The translations under genes were made by a program, and so were the position numbers. A stretch of 62,480 nucleotides of DNA, filler included, from Candidatus Coatesbacteria bacterium (GTDB lineage: Bacteria; JAFGND01): NCBI GenBank assembly GCA_016927185.1. It is 4 parts of 4 records of this genome, joined end to end, with 100 filler letters (N's around TTAATTAATTAA, not from the genome) between each part and the next. Parts side by side here need not be neighbours in the genome. Positions count along the whole stretch, not along the records: positions 31,035 to 48,787 come from JAFGND010000052.1; 3 more parts are not named here. The stretch is one strand, 5' to 3'. Shown here piece by piece: positions 31,155-40,925 of the stretch (its first letter is position 1; each line of letters begins with the position of its first letter). Under the pieces are notes generated by a model. That model was not told where the DNA came from. It saw only the letters and a list, made by a program, of their open reading frames with translations, and searched no databases.

Positions 31155-31997
31155 ATGCCATTGTTTTCATTTGTACTGTATAACTGGAAAAAGTACCTTG
31201 ATCTGGTGAAAGAGTATCATAACTTGATGGGAATGAATCAGACTGATTTTGCTTTGATGATAGACATACCTCCACAACGTTATTCAGCATGGCGTCATCA
31301 AAAAATCAAGCCCCAGAAAAAGAGCGTTGAAAAAGTTCATAAGGGAATTTTCAAGCTTTTAGAGAAAGGGCTTTCTGAAAACAGGATAGATGCTGATAAT
31401 TTCCAGATTGCAAAAAGCAAGCTTGATTATCTTCGTGCCTGCATAAATCTCATGGATCTTGATGTCTTGCTCAATCTCTCAGACAATTTATTCCAGTCAC
31501 TGGTTGAACTTCCAGAATTTGTTTACAATGTTGAAGGCATTCCAAGGATTTCTGCCCCCCAGGCAAGTTATCAATCAAGCCCTTCATTGCTGCGCTTGCC
31601 CTTATACAACAGGATTGATGAGTTCCTGTCAGTAAAGTATCCATGGGAACATAATCGTCACTGCGTTGTTGACAAGACATGGCTGCCTCTTGTAAGGGAA
31701 AGCTCTGAATACTTCGCTCTTTACCTTAGCGATTCATCATTGTCTGACAGGATAATTCCAGGGGATCTTGCAATATTCGAAGCAACAGACAATCTTGAAG
31801 AAGGTGAAATTGGACTTTTCTATCTTGATGACAAGGACAGCACAATAAGGATACTGAGAAGAATAAAAACCAAGGTTGTACTGACTTCTCTGCCAAGATC
31901 CAAGGATACCATTCCACTTGTAGAGAAACTCAATTTTGAGGAATTCAAGATACTTGGTCGCCTTGTTGCATTCATAGGCAAACCACCTTTGAAATAA
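31155..31997 (+). CDS. XRE-type HTH regulator with C-terminal S24 (LexA/CI-like) domain
   Basis: MNQTDFA..IDI....YSAW HTH; YFALYLSDSSL..RIIPGDLAIF, GEIG, ILGRLV. Confidence 0.78.
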   Translation: MPLFSFVLYNWKKYLDLVKEYHNLMGMNQTDFALMIDIPPQRYSAWRHQKIKPQKKSVEKVHKGIFKLLEKGLSENRIDADNFQIAKSKLDYLRACINLMDLDVLLNLSDNLFQSLVELPEFVYNVEGIPRISAPQASYQSSPSLLRLPLYNRIDEFLSVKYPWEHNRHCVVDKTWLPLVRESSEYFALYLSDSSLSDRIIPGDLAIFEATDNLEEGEIGLFYLDDKDSTIRILRRIKTKVVLTSLPRSKDTIPLVEKLNFEEFKILGRLVAFIGKPPLK

Positions 31998-32011
31998 ATA
32001 TGAAAGGCAGC

Positions 32012-33424
32012 TTAGAATAGCTGCCTCAATCTCTTGAAACCGAAAGATATATATCTTTTAAGCTCAGCTGGCTTGAACAGAACTCTTTTCAATGTTTTTA
32101 TAATGTATGATGGACGAAGATAAAGTCTCAGTAATGCATTTTTCCTGAACTTGATAAGTTCATCCGAACTAAGTTTATAAGAGTGTATCTGGGAAGTTGC
32201 ATAACTGCTTTCCCTGAGTTTACTCTCATCAAACAGATTGTCCTTCTTTGCAATCTCGAATAGCTCAGTTCCTGGAAGCGGATAAGCTACATTGAAATCA
32301 AAAAAGTCGGCATCAATTTCCCTTACGAAATTTAATGTTTCAGAAAGTGTTTCCCTTGTTTCCCAGGGCAATCCGATTATATAAAATGTGTGACTCAGTA
32401 ATCCAGCCTTCCTGCAGAGAGCAATTGCATTTCTAGCCTGTTCCTTCCTTATGCCCTTTTTCATCTTGTCAAGCATATCCTGGGAACCTGATTCTATACC
32501 GAATGCTACCATCTTGCAGCCTGATCTTTTCATTTCAAGCAGCATTTCCTCATCAACAGTGTCAACTCTTGAATTGGCAGCCCATGTAATATTCATGGAA
32601 GATTCTCTTATAAGCCTGCATAATTCAAGAACAATCTTTTTCCTTGCAGTAAAGGTGTCTGCATTCAACAGGAATTCATCTATAGAATATTTCTCATGGC
32701 ATTCCTTTATTTCATTGAATATATTCTCAGCACTTCTATGGAAAACCTTATAGTTCGTCAATGTCCCGGCAGGGCAGAAAATGCATTTGAAAGGGCAGCC
32801 TCTGCTTGTTGTAATTACACCAAGCGGTTTTCCATTATCAGGAGACACATATAACTCATTCTTCAGCAAATCCCTTGCTGGAAACGGGAAAATATCAGGA
32901 TTTTCAGTTCCAGGATAATCCGGATTCTTAACAATTATACCTTCTTTCCTGTATATTATCCCCTTGACTTCAGAAAGATCCGCTTTTTCAATCAATACTT
33001 TTACTACTCCCTCTGCTTCAGAAAATATCACCATATCAAGAGCTTCATATTTCTCCATTATTTCTATGCCATAAGTCCTGAAATAAAAACCGAATGAGCA
33101 GTTGAGAATATCCGGATTAAGCTCCTTTGCCAATCTTGCAGCCTCTATATCCTTCTCAATGGTTGCAGTTGTAATCCCAAGGTACAAGATATCAGGTTTG
33201 AAAGAAAGCAGATCTTCTTTAAGATCCTCGAAGCTTTTATTCTCAGCTGGATAATCTTCTATCTTGCAAGTATAACCTGCTTCCCTGTATAATGCAGCAA
33301 TATATGACAGAACCATGGGAGGAAGGATTACCCTGACAGTCTGATCCTTCACTGCATTCTGGCATCTGTCATCTCTTCTGTACAGACCAGTTGGTGGATT
33401 AATTAGCAGTATTCTCTTGTTCAT
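32012..33424 (-). CDS. Cobalamin-binding radical SAM protein
   Basis: LLINPP..., FPARDLL, TSRGCPFKCIFC, DTFT, FGIESG, IIGLPWET, PLPGT. Confidence 0.92.
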   Translation of the reverse strand: MNKRILLINPPTGLYRRDDRCQNAVKDQTVRVILPPMVLSYIAALYREAGYTCKIEDYPAENKSFEDLKEDLLSFKPDILYLGITTATIEKDIEAARLAKELNPDILNCSFGFYFRTYGIEIMEKYEALDMVIFSEAEGVVKVLIEKADLSEVKGIIYRKEGIIVKNPDYPGTENPDIFPFPARDLLKNELYVSPDNGKPLGVITTSRGCPFKCIFCPAGTLTNYKVFHRSAENIFNEIKECHEKYSIDEFLLNADTFTARKKIVLELCRLIRESSMNITWAANSRVDTVDEEMLLEMKRSGCKMVAFGIESGSQDMLDKMKKGIRKEQARNAIALCRKAGLLSHTFYIIGLPWETRETLSETLNFVREIDADFFDFNVAYPLPGTELFEIAKKDNLFDESKLRESSYATSQIHSYKLSSDELIKFRKNALLRLYLRPSYIIKTLKRVLFKPAELKRYISFGFKRLRQLF

Positions 33425-34436
33425 TCTTTGCTGAAAAACCTTTCATGAGAGGTATAATGAAACAAAATCCCGTGAAACTTGCAAGCCACAAGGTTACTAT
33501 CCTCAGAAGCAATATTGCAGGAGCTGCATCTGCGGGTTTTATGCCTGCGATTTTCAAAGGAACAAACATCCCTGTTTCAACAGTTCCAACTCCTCCAGGT
33601 GTCAATGTCACTGCACCAATTATCTGACCTATGGAGTAAGCAAAATTCGCAAGTTCCAGACTTCCATTTATCTTCATGCCATTCATTATCCAGTAAAATG
33701 CAACTGCCTCCAGCCCCCATGATGTTATTGATAAAACCATTCCCTTTAATATTGTCTTCAAATTCAGAAGATCCTTTCCTGTTTTCAAGAGCTCAAGTAT
33801 TTTCAAACACAGTTTACTAAGAAAAGGAATTTTTCCTATGTAGTTCAGGACAGGGGTATAAATTCCTTCAAAAAAGATGAATAAAACAAAACCTGCAACT
33901 ATTATTGAGCTTATTATGAAAGACAGGATTATATTGTAACTGTCATTAGAGTTTATACTCATGCTTAGGAAAAATGGAAATGAAAATGCCGCAAGAACAA
34001 TTATTGATAATAAATCCATGATTCTCTCTATCATCAGGATCCCTGCAGTTTTTGTAACCGGGATTGAGTATTTATCCTTCAGAAATGCTGCTTTTACTAT
34101 TTCTCCAGCCTTCCCTGGTGTTATTGTAAGGGAAAAACTTGCAAAAAATATCCAGTAGCTTTTTAATGCAGGAACCTTGTTTTCCTGAGCAGTATGCAGG
34201 AAAATATTCCATCTTATTGCCCTCAGGAACCAGCCAATGAATACAATCAAAATCAATGGTATTAAATGGGTTATGACCGGAAATGACCTTATTGCAAGCC
34301 ACATCTTGTCTGCACCAATATATATTGTGATAGACAGATATATTATCAAGGCGAATAATATTGTATAAATGGCAGAACGAATCCTGCCAGGAGTAATTAT
34401 GCTGTTATCTTTCAAAGCCAGCCAGTCTTTTTTCAA
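33399..34436 (-). CDS. Lysylphosphatidylglycerol-synthase TM region/flippase-like membrane protein
   Basis: LRAIRW, TPGKAGE..K, ERIMD, TPGGVG..E, R; multiple TM helices; TTG start. Confidence 0.85.
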   Translation of the reverse strand: MKKDWLALKDNSIITPGRIRSAIYTILFALIIYLSITIYIGADKMWLAIRSFPVITHLIPLILIVFIGWFLRAIRWNIFLHTAQENKVPALKSYWIFFASFSLTITPGKAGEIVKAAFLKDKYSIPVTKTAGILMIERIMDLLSIIVLAAFSFPFFLSMSINSNDSYNIILSFIISSIIVAGFVLFIFFEGIYTPVLNYIGKIPFLSKLCLKILELLKTGKDLLNLKTILKGMVLSITSWGLEAVAFYWIMNGMKINGSLELANFAYSIGQIIGAVTLTPGGVGTVETGMFVPLKIAGIKPADAAPAILLLRIVTLWLASFTGFCFIIPLMKGFSAKNEQENTAN

Positions 34437-34445
34437 AACCTTCCA

Positions 34446-35114
34446 TCAATCACCCTTCAAACCAATTTCCTCGGGAAGCAATCCTTCCTTGTTTCTTGCA
34501 GAAGAATCTGCCCCGTTTTCAAGAAGTATTTTCACTACATCCATCTTCCCCTGATAATAAGCATAATGCAAGGGAGTCTCATTCTCATTGTCTTTTGCAT
34601 TCACATTGGCATTGTATTCAAGCAGCAACTTGACAATTCCTGCGTTACCTACTGCGCATACCTGGTGAAGAACCGTGGATTCGTAATTGTCTTTTATGCC
34701 TATATCAGCTCCCTTGTCGAGCAGATACCTGACAACATTTGAGTGACCTTCACAAGCTGCCTCAAATAAAGGGCTTTCAGATATACCATCAAGAGCATTT
34801 ATGTCTGCACCTTTCTGGATAAGTATCTTTACCATTTCCAGATTGCCTTTTTCTGAAGCATAATGCAATGGTGTTGATTTGCCATACTTGTCATGCAGAT
34901 TGATATCCGGATTCTTACTCATCACTATCCAGAACTGCTCAATAGTACCTCTTTCACATACAACATGCAGAAGGGATTTACCATAATCATAACAAAGGGA
35001 ATTAATTCTGGGAGCATTGAAAAGCCCCAAAAAGGTATCTTTATTAAGGAGCATTTCTAACTCAGTAGAATTCCCTTCTTTTATTGCCTGCAGAATTTTC
35101 TCTTTCACGCCCAT
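34446..35114 (-). CDS. Ankyrin repeat protein
   Basis: TPLHYA..G..EMVKIL...GAD.N-type repeats (about five); start at ATG 35114 overlapping the tamB stop (TGATG). Confidence 0.92.
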   Translation of the reverse strand: MGVKEKILQAIKEGNSTELEMLLNKDTFLGLFNAPRINSLCYDYGKSLLHVVCERGTIEQFWIVMSKNPDINLHDKYGKSTPLHYASEKGNLEMVKILIQKGADINALDGISESPLFEAACEGHSNVVRYLLDKGADIGIKDNYESTVLHQVCAVGNAGIVKLLLEYNANVNAKDNENETPLHYAYYQGKMDVVKILLENGADSSARNKEGLLPEEIGLKGD

Positions 35115-38100
35115 CAGAATCTGTAAAAAATCCTCCATCCAATATAATATTCATCAAGAATAGTGGTTGTCTCTTTAGGATCCCTTCTTTTTGAAAAATT
35201 GAAATACAGGGAATGATTTCTATTGAGAATCAAGTCTAATTCAGCACTCCTGTCAATGCTCTGCATCAAGCCATGACTGTAACTCAAATAAAGAGAACCA
35301 AGAAGGTATTTTCCTATGTTTATTGATACGGATCTCTCTGTAGAGAAATTGGGCTTCAGATAGAAAATTGACAAACCCAGTTTGCTGGTTAGTGTCCTGC
35401 TTGCTGCAAAAGATCCAAAAGTTATACCGCTTTCAAGACTCTTCTTGTATAATTCATATCCCTTTTTTTCTCTCATTTCCTTCATGGTTGTATGAAGTGC
35501 TATCATTGTCAATATATCCTGTTCTGTCATATCTGCTTTTTCATATTGCTCATTGCTTACCTCAAATCTTAGCTCAGGTTTACTTAGAGTTCCAGTGATG
35601 TAAGCAGTTATTGTAGTATTCTGTCCATCAGAAGTTTCTGAAGGGATTACTGTATATGCCTTTATATCCATTCTTGGGTCAATAGCAGTAGAGTTCGTGA
35701 AAAACAATCTTCCTTCAATTATCTTGAACTGAGTTCCATATAAATAATATGTCCCTCTTATTACATCAAGATTTCCCAGCAGAAACATGTTTGTTTCCTG
35801 CCAGTGCATTGCCATATCCAGAGACATCTCTAGATCAGCTTCATCATTATGCAGCCATACTTTCTGGGGAGCATTAATAATCAGATTGTATTCAAGAGGA
35901 CCTGCTTCTCTGACATATTCTTCCTTGGACTCTTCCCCGAATGGAATCGAAACGAAACACTCCCTGAGGTTAACACTCCCGTCAAGAGAGTATTGATCTT
36001 CTTTCTTGCGCAAGTTAGCTTCAATATCTGCTATTGCCTCAATATCAGGTATTATATCGACGAATATCTTGCTTGCAATCAGGTCCATGTTTATATCACT
36101 TATAGTGAAGTTTGTGAAATCAATGAATCCATTCAGTACTATTCTTCCCTCCCGTTCGTCATGTGCTCTTATGTCATACGGTCTTCCCCACTTGTCTGTT
36201 CCATCAAACACTATCTTGCTTCCTTCAAGTTTCCCCCTTAATTGCAAATCGCTCAGGAGTGTACCAATTGGTCTGAAATATATTTCAGCATCTGTCAGAG
36301 AAACCACTCCAGAAAATTCTGGTTTGCTGAAATTGCCTTTTAATGAACCCTTATAACTAAGCTTTCCCTTGTATAATGAGAAAAGATCACCTGCCAGACT
36401 CAACAAATCTGAATCAACTATACTTATATCGCAGTCAAGATCTATATTGCCTTCCCTGCTAAGAGGCAGATCCCCTTTTATCATTGAAATCTTGTCTTTC
36501 TGAAAAACCTGTAGTTTGTCAATACTCACTTTCTGGAAAGGATACTTCATTTCAAAACTGGCTGACATTTTAAGGCTGTCTGCAGAAACAGGCAAACTCC
36601 CAGTATTCTCCAGGTTAAAGGCATCTTGCTTGTCATAACCTTCTTCATCTTCATCTTGTGTATATGTTCTCATTTTTATAGATGGGTTTTCAATCTTGAA
36701 GGAGAAATCAAGCATGTTCTTTCTGTTTCTTGTTTTTATCTTTGCTTCCCAGTCAATTATCCCTTTCATGGCAAGATCGGTTATCGGCAGGAAGGGTTGC
36801 ACTTTCTCTATATCGAGCTTGCTTCCTGTAATCGTCAGATCCGAATCAGTTCCATCAAGGGAATAATATCCTCTTGCACAAAGTGATTGTTGGAAATTCT
36901 CTGATAGTTTTTCACCTTTAGGAAACATTATATCGAGACAGACTCTTGCAACTTCTATCTTCTTGTTTACAAGAGAGACACTCTGATAGCCATTGTTTCT
37001 AACCACTATTTTGGGATGTATGAATTCAAGATAATCAGACTCCATATAATAGCTGTTTCTGGAATAGTTCATCTTGCCTGAAAAGATAAGCTCAGTTTTT
37101 TCAGGGATATTGGCTGCCATTCTCATGTCATAGATCTGAACGAAACCTGCAGACAATGCACAATGAATTGATGCTCTTGATACTTCATAAGTATCCTGTT
37201 TCAAATCTTTTATCCTTATATTCAGTTCTCCAGAAGCAGATAAAAGAGGATTTCTGATGTCCAGGTTCATTACATTCAGGTGAGGAACTTCAATGGATCT
37301 TATGGTCAATCCCTGCCTGTCAAAGTTTTTTATTTTTCCATGCCCTTCCATAGACAGGTAATTGCCCTGCATAAGCATCTTTCCAGCAAAACTGGCAATA
37401 CCATTCATATTGGTGAAAGGCTGGAGGGGAATATTATCAGCTCTGACAATCAAATTAACCTTTTTGGAGGAAATGTCTCCACTTGCATTTATTCTTGAAT
37501 TGGCAATTCTGATGTCCGCTCTTTTAAGAGCTATCCTGTCGGGATAATATGTGCCTGAAGCAGTTACCGAATGGATATTCTGTTTATATATGGATCCTCC
37601 ATGAATATTTCCATCAAATTCGATTGACAGAGAGTCTTTGTCAAAGGATTTTGTTTTGAAATATATATTACCATACTGCTTTCCAGACAAACCTTTTATA
37701 TTAACAAACTTCGAGGCACTAAATTCTTCGAAATCAGTATTTCCACTAAAAATGCTGTTACTGAAATCAAAGTCTAACCTTGCCTTTTTCAAAATTGCAT
37801 TTCTGTAGTCTGCATTCAAATCTGATATCTCAAGTCTGTTATTCCTGAACTCTATCCTGCCTTCAACCTTCCTGAAATCCTCTTCCCCAAGGACAATTTG
37901 CTCAGATTTGATAAACGAAGCAAGGAAGAATTCCTTTTCTATAAATCCTATTGATGCATTTTCCATGTTTACCCTGTCAGATTTTATTACAAGAGAAAAT
38001 GGCATGAATTTCTCCACCGTTTCTGTGGAAATATCAGCCTTATTTACATTGAAAATAATATCCCTAGAAATATCTGCAGAAAACTCCAGTTCTTCTGTAC

Positions 38101-38788
38101 CATTCAACATCAATCTTGTTGCATCTATTTTTATGCCTTTCAATGCGTTGTATAATCTTGATTTATCAATTTCGCATCTGACACCATTTCCTTCGAAAGA
38201 TGCTTTCCTGAATTCAACCTTGAAATTATCATTCAGGAACTGGAAATCACAATTCAGGTTCAAATTACTTATATCGTATACAAGATCCTTGTTTGTCTTG
38301 AATAAAAGCCTGCCATCATTCAGTTTTGCATCACGGATTTCTATGTAAGGCTTTGATTTAGCTGTTTTTGTTTTCTTCTCTTTCAATATGTTCTCGAAAT
38401 TCCAGCTGCCATTTTCATATTGATAGATTTCGAAATCCGGATTTTCTATAAGCATATCCTTTATTACTATGAATCTTGCTTTTTCCCTTATCAATTCCAG
38501 CAAATCTATGGTAAATCCTGCCTTTTTTATTCCTGCAATTTTCCTTTTATCTTTATTCAATAATTCTATGTCATTAAATACCAAAGTCCTGTAAAGATTT
38601 CCTCCAATGCTCTTGATCTTGATTGAACCATTCAGCTGTTTATTGATTTCATCGGTAACTATTTCATTGAGTTTTCTGCTGAAATAACCATTGGCATAAA
38701 GCAAATAGACTGCAAGAAACATAATGCCAATTGAGACAGACAGAAGTATGAGAGTGTATATGAAAATCCTTTTGAACCTATATTTCAT
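35114..38788 (-). CDS. Translocation and assembly module TamB-like protein
   Basis: 1224 aa; N-terminal TM, WNF motif, long beta-rich body, C-terminal DP..DI.A, ITGTL.KP, IGKYL, ending YRF. Confidence 0.8.
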   Translation of the reverse strand: MKYRFKRIFIYTLILLSVSIGIMFLAVYLLYANGYFSRKLNEIVTDEINKQLNGSIKIKSIGGNLYRTLVFNDIELLNKDKRKIAGIKKAGFTIDLLELIREKARFIVIKDMLIENPDFEIYQYENGSWNFENILKEKKTKTAKSKPYIEIRDAKLNDGRLLFKTNKDLVYDISNLNLNCDFQFLNDNFKVEFRKASFEGNGVRCEIDKSRLYNALKGIKIDATRLMLNGTEELEFSADISRDIIFNVNKADISTETVEKFMPFSLVIKSDRVNMENASIGFIEKEFFLASFIKSEQIVLGEEDFRKVEGRIEFRNNRLEISDLNADYRNAILKKARLDFDFSNSIFSGNTDFEEFSASKFVNIKGLSGKQYGNIYFKTKSFDKDSLSIEFDGNIHGGSIYKQNIHSVTASGTYYPDRIALKRADIRIANSRINASGDISSKKVNLIVRADNIPLQPFTNMNGIASFAGKMLMQGNYLSMEGHGKIKNFDRQGLTIRSIEVPHLNVMNLDIRNPLLSASGELNIRIKDLKQDTYEVSRASIHCALSAGFVQIYDMRMAANIPEKTELIFSGKMNYSRNSYYMESDYLEFIHPKIVVRNNGYQSVSLVNKKIEVARVCLDIMFPKGEKLSENFQQSLCARGYYSLDGTDSDLTITGSKLDIEKVQPFLPITDLAMKGIIDWEAKIKTRNRKNMLDFSFKIENPSIKMRTYTQDEDEEGYDKQDAFNLENTGSLPVSADSLKMSASFEMKYPFQKVSIDKLQVFQKDKISMIKGDLPLSREGNIDLDCDISIVDSDLLSLAGDLFSLYKGKLSYKGSLKGNFSKPEFSGVVSLTDAEIYFRPIGTLLSDLQLRGKLEGSKIVFDGTDKWGRPYDIRAHDEREGRIVLNGFIDFTNFTISDINMDLIASKIFVDIIPDIEAIADIEANLRKKEDQYSLDGSVNLRECFVSIPFGEESKEEYVREAGPLEYNLIINAPQKVWLHNDEADLEMSLDMAMHWQETNMFLLGNLDVIRGTYYLYGTQFKIIEGRLFFTNSTAIDPRMDIKAYTVIPSETSDGQNTTITAYITGTLSKPELRFEVSNEQYEKADMTEQDILTMIALHTTMKEMREKKGYELYKKSLESGITFGSFAASRTLTSKLGLSIFYLKPNFSTERSVSINIGKYLLGSLYLSYSHGLMQSIDRSAELDLILNRNHSLYFNFSKRRDPKETTTILDEYYIGWRIFYRF

Positions 38789-38844
38789 ATGGTTTTAGTT
38801 CCATAGATTTAAGTCTAAGTCAAGAGAATGTAGAAGAAATTATA

Positions 38845-39252
38845 TCAGATGCTGAAACTTTCTTCCATTTCATCTTTATAATATATCTTGAAATGGTAAA
38901 TCATGTTTCTTATTGACCTGACAAAATACCAGAGTGTTTCTTTTTTATCATCCTGCAGAAAACCTTCCTCATTTATCAACTGTTTCAGAAATGAGGAAAG
39001 GTTATCAAGCATTTTTATATAGTCTGAATATTCAGTTTCATTATGAAAAATCTCAGGGAAATTCTCCATTTTAACTTGCTTAAGCTCTTCAATTTGCTTG
39101 AAAGAACTGTTTATCTTGCTTTCGAATTTACTCATATTATTGCTTTCAGGTGAAGCATTACTGTAAATATAGAATACATTCTTTGAAAGATGCCCCATGT
39201 TAAAGGCAAAATTCCTTACAAGAATTTCATTATCATTTAATCTCAGGCTCAT
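38845..39252 (-). CDS. Hypothetical protein
   Basis: 135-aa ORF, ATGA overlap with the upstream gene; helical character. Confidence 0.65.
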   Translation of the reverse strand: MSLRLNDNEILVRNFAFNMGHLSKNVFYIYSNASPESNNMSKFESKINSSFKQIEELKQVKMENFPEIFHNETEYSDYIKMLDNLSSFLKQLINEEGFLQDDKKETLWYFVRSIRNMIYHFKIYYKDEMEESFSI

Positions 39253-39524
39253 GAAAGCTCTATGTCTATAAGTTCCTTGCCGATGTCATCACTTTCCTTT
39301 TCATAATCCGTATACGCACCTTCTGCTGATCTCTTGAAAATGAATATAGGTTTGTTGTTTCTGTCCTTGCTGCTTTCAACAAACTCCCATGAACCATGAT
39401 TGGACAAATGATTGAAGGTAAATGTCATTCTTTCTATATTCTGCTCAATGAAATTTTCAGAAAATCTTGTTACATATTTGTCTATCATGTCCCAGTCAAG
39501 TATCTTGTACTGATAATTAGCCAT
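39249..39524 (-). CDS. Small protein, DUF4177-like
   Basis: YQYK...N.L...G.WE.V...FIFKR pattern; SD AGGAG. Confidence 0.55.
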   Translation of the reverse strand: MANYQYKILDWDMIDKYVTRFSENFIEQNIERMTFTFNHLSNHGSWEFVESSKDRNNKPIFIFKRSAEGAYTDYEKESDDIGKELIDIELS

Positions 39525-39532
39525 TTCCGCTC

Positions 39533-40138
39533 CTAAAGTTTTGATAATTTATCAAGTTCTATGGAAGTAATTATCTCCTCCAGAAGTTCCTGTTTCCTGA
39601 ATCTAGGTTTTTCTTCCTCTTTCACGTCATTACCCGGTCCTGATACTCTTATCATGAATTTACCAGCCCAGAGATTCAAATAATCATTTTCCTCCATCTT
39701 CGCTGGATATTCCTTGTACTTCTTTGTGAATTCCTTTGCCACTTCCATTCTGTTTCTCATATCTGTAATGTCTAACTGCATCAAGGCTTTTGGTTTTGTC
39801 TGATCCTTTGGATCTGTTTTCAGCTTATACAAACCCCATGAAACATTCCCATCAATCGTATCAGAATATCTTATCCATTCAGCTTCATTTGCGAAAGCTT
39901 CCGGAACTTTAGGCGCAAACTTTGCCAATGTTTCGGAATCCATAACTGGTTGCTTTGGCTTGGTAGGGATAACTACTTCTTCCTTTTTGGAAGCATCTTT
40001 CTTTGAGGGATCTGTCTTGGTATCCTTTGCAACATCTTTCTTTGTTACATCCTTCTTGGATGGAGGGGGTGGTGGAGAGCCTCCACATGAAAAAGCCAAG
40101 AAAGAAACAATCAATATCAACAAAACAAATGGTTTCAT
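39533..40138 (-). CDS. Lipoprotein with Pro/Lys-rich linker and uncharacterised C-terminal domain
   Basis: SD AGGAGG; lipobox AFSC; PPPPP and KKD repeats; C-terminus similar to 18255-18887. Confidence 0.78.
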   Translation of the reverse strand: MKPFVLLILIVSFLAFSCGGSPPPPPSKKDVTKKDVAKDTKTDPSKKDASKKEEVVIPTKPKQPVMDSETLAKFAPKVPEAFANEAEWIRYSDTIDGNVSWGLYKLKTDPKDQTKPKALMQLDITDMRNRMEVAKEFTKKYKEYPAKMEENDYLNLWAGKFMIRVSGPGNDVKEEEKPRFRKQELLEEIITSIELDKLSKL

Positions 40139-40150
40139 TTTAACCTCCTG

Positions 40151-40924
40151 TTAATGGATCCCCAACCAATCCATCATTAAAAACTGTATCCTTCCAATTA
40201 AAAGTGAAATACGTGCCATGACTGTGTATCCGAATGATGCTCCAAAACCGACCATCAGAAACCAGATACCAACCCTTGCTGTCTTGCCAATTATTCCCTT
40301 GTGTTCCATGCTGAAAAAGAAGTAGATTATAGTCGTTACTGTTCCGATGAAAAGTAGCAGGTTTGATATCCATATTGCTGCAGTAAAAACCTGGGGACTG
40401 CTTCCTGAGAAAAGCTCCTTAAGGGATGATATATGTTCCCCATGGAAAAATGGCGTCATTGCACCAAACAACTGAACTAATATATTCTCTTTTACTATTA
40501 ATGGTATAGACATTCCTATGCTGGCTCCCATGAGAAATGATATCGGGAATCTCACAAGCCATCTGTATTTCTGAGTAAACTGTGCAAATATTAAGATTCC
40601 AAGAATTGTCGGAATCAAGACAAGAAGATTTGCAGAGTTGTGGGTAAAAATGAGTTTTATAGATTGTGATTTCAATGAACTGTCAAGCAGGAAAATATCA
40701 AGATTCCCTCCATTTGGAAGAGAAAAGGCAACCTGATTTAATGGAACCCAGACTTTGGGAATGAAAGACTGGAACCAGACTATTGCAATCAGGTATCCTA
40801 TTGTCAATCCTACAAGCAAGTGTTCAGCAAATTTATAAAGAGGATTATCCTTATATAAAAACGAATAAATTGCTATAGTAAGTATTGCTGCTATCCAGAT
40901 CCAGGGATTTAATGAAATACTCAT
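40151..40924 (-). CDS. Uncharacterised multi-pass membrane protein (third gene of membrane module)
   Basis: YSFLYKDNPLYKFAEH..VG, YFFFS, G.WFLM..FGA.FG.TVM.R; about 6 TM. Start at ATG 40924 (SD AGGAG). Confidence 0.8.
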   Translation of the reverse strand: MSISLNPWIWIAAILTIAIYSFLYKDNPLYKFAEHLLVGLTIGYLIAIVWFQSFIPKVWVPLNQVAFSLPNGGNLDIFLLDSSLKSQSIKLIFTHNSANLLVLIPTILGILIFAQFTQKYRWLVRFPISFLMGASIGMSIPLIVKENILVQLFGAMTPFFHGEHISSLKELFSGSSPQVFTAAIWISNLLLFIGTVTTIIYFFFSMEHKGIIGKTARVGIWFLMVGFGASFGYTVMARISLLIGRIQFLMMDWLGIH

Positions 40925-40925
40925 C

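Noticed and set aside
31155-31997. Prophage marked by a CI-like repressor
   Set aside because: No integrase, structural or replication genes downstream; the upstream side is a contig end, so untestable.
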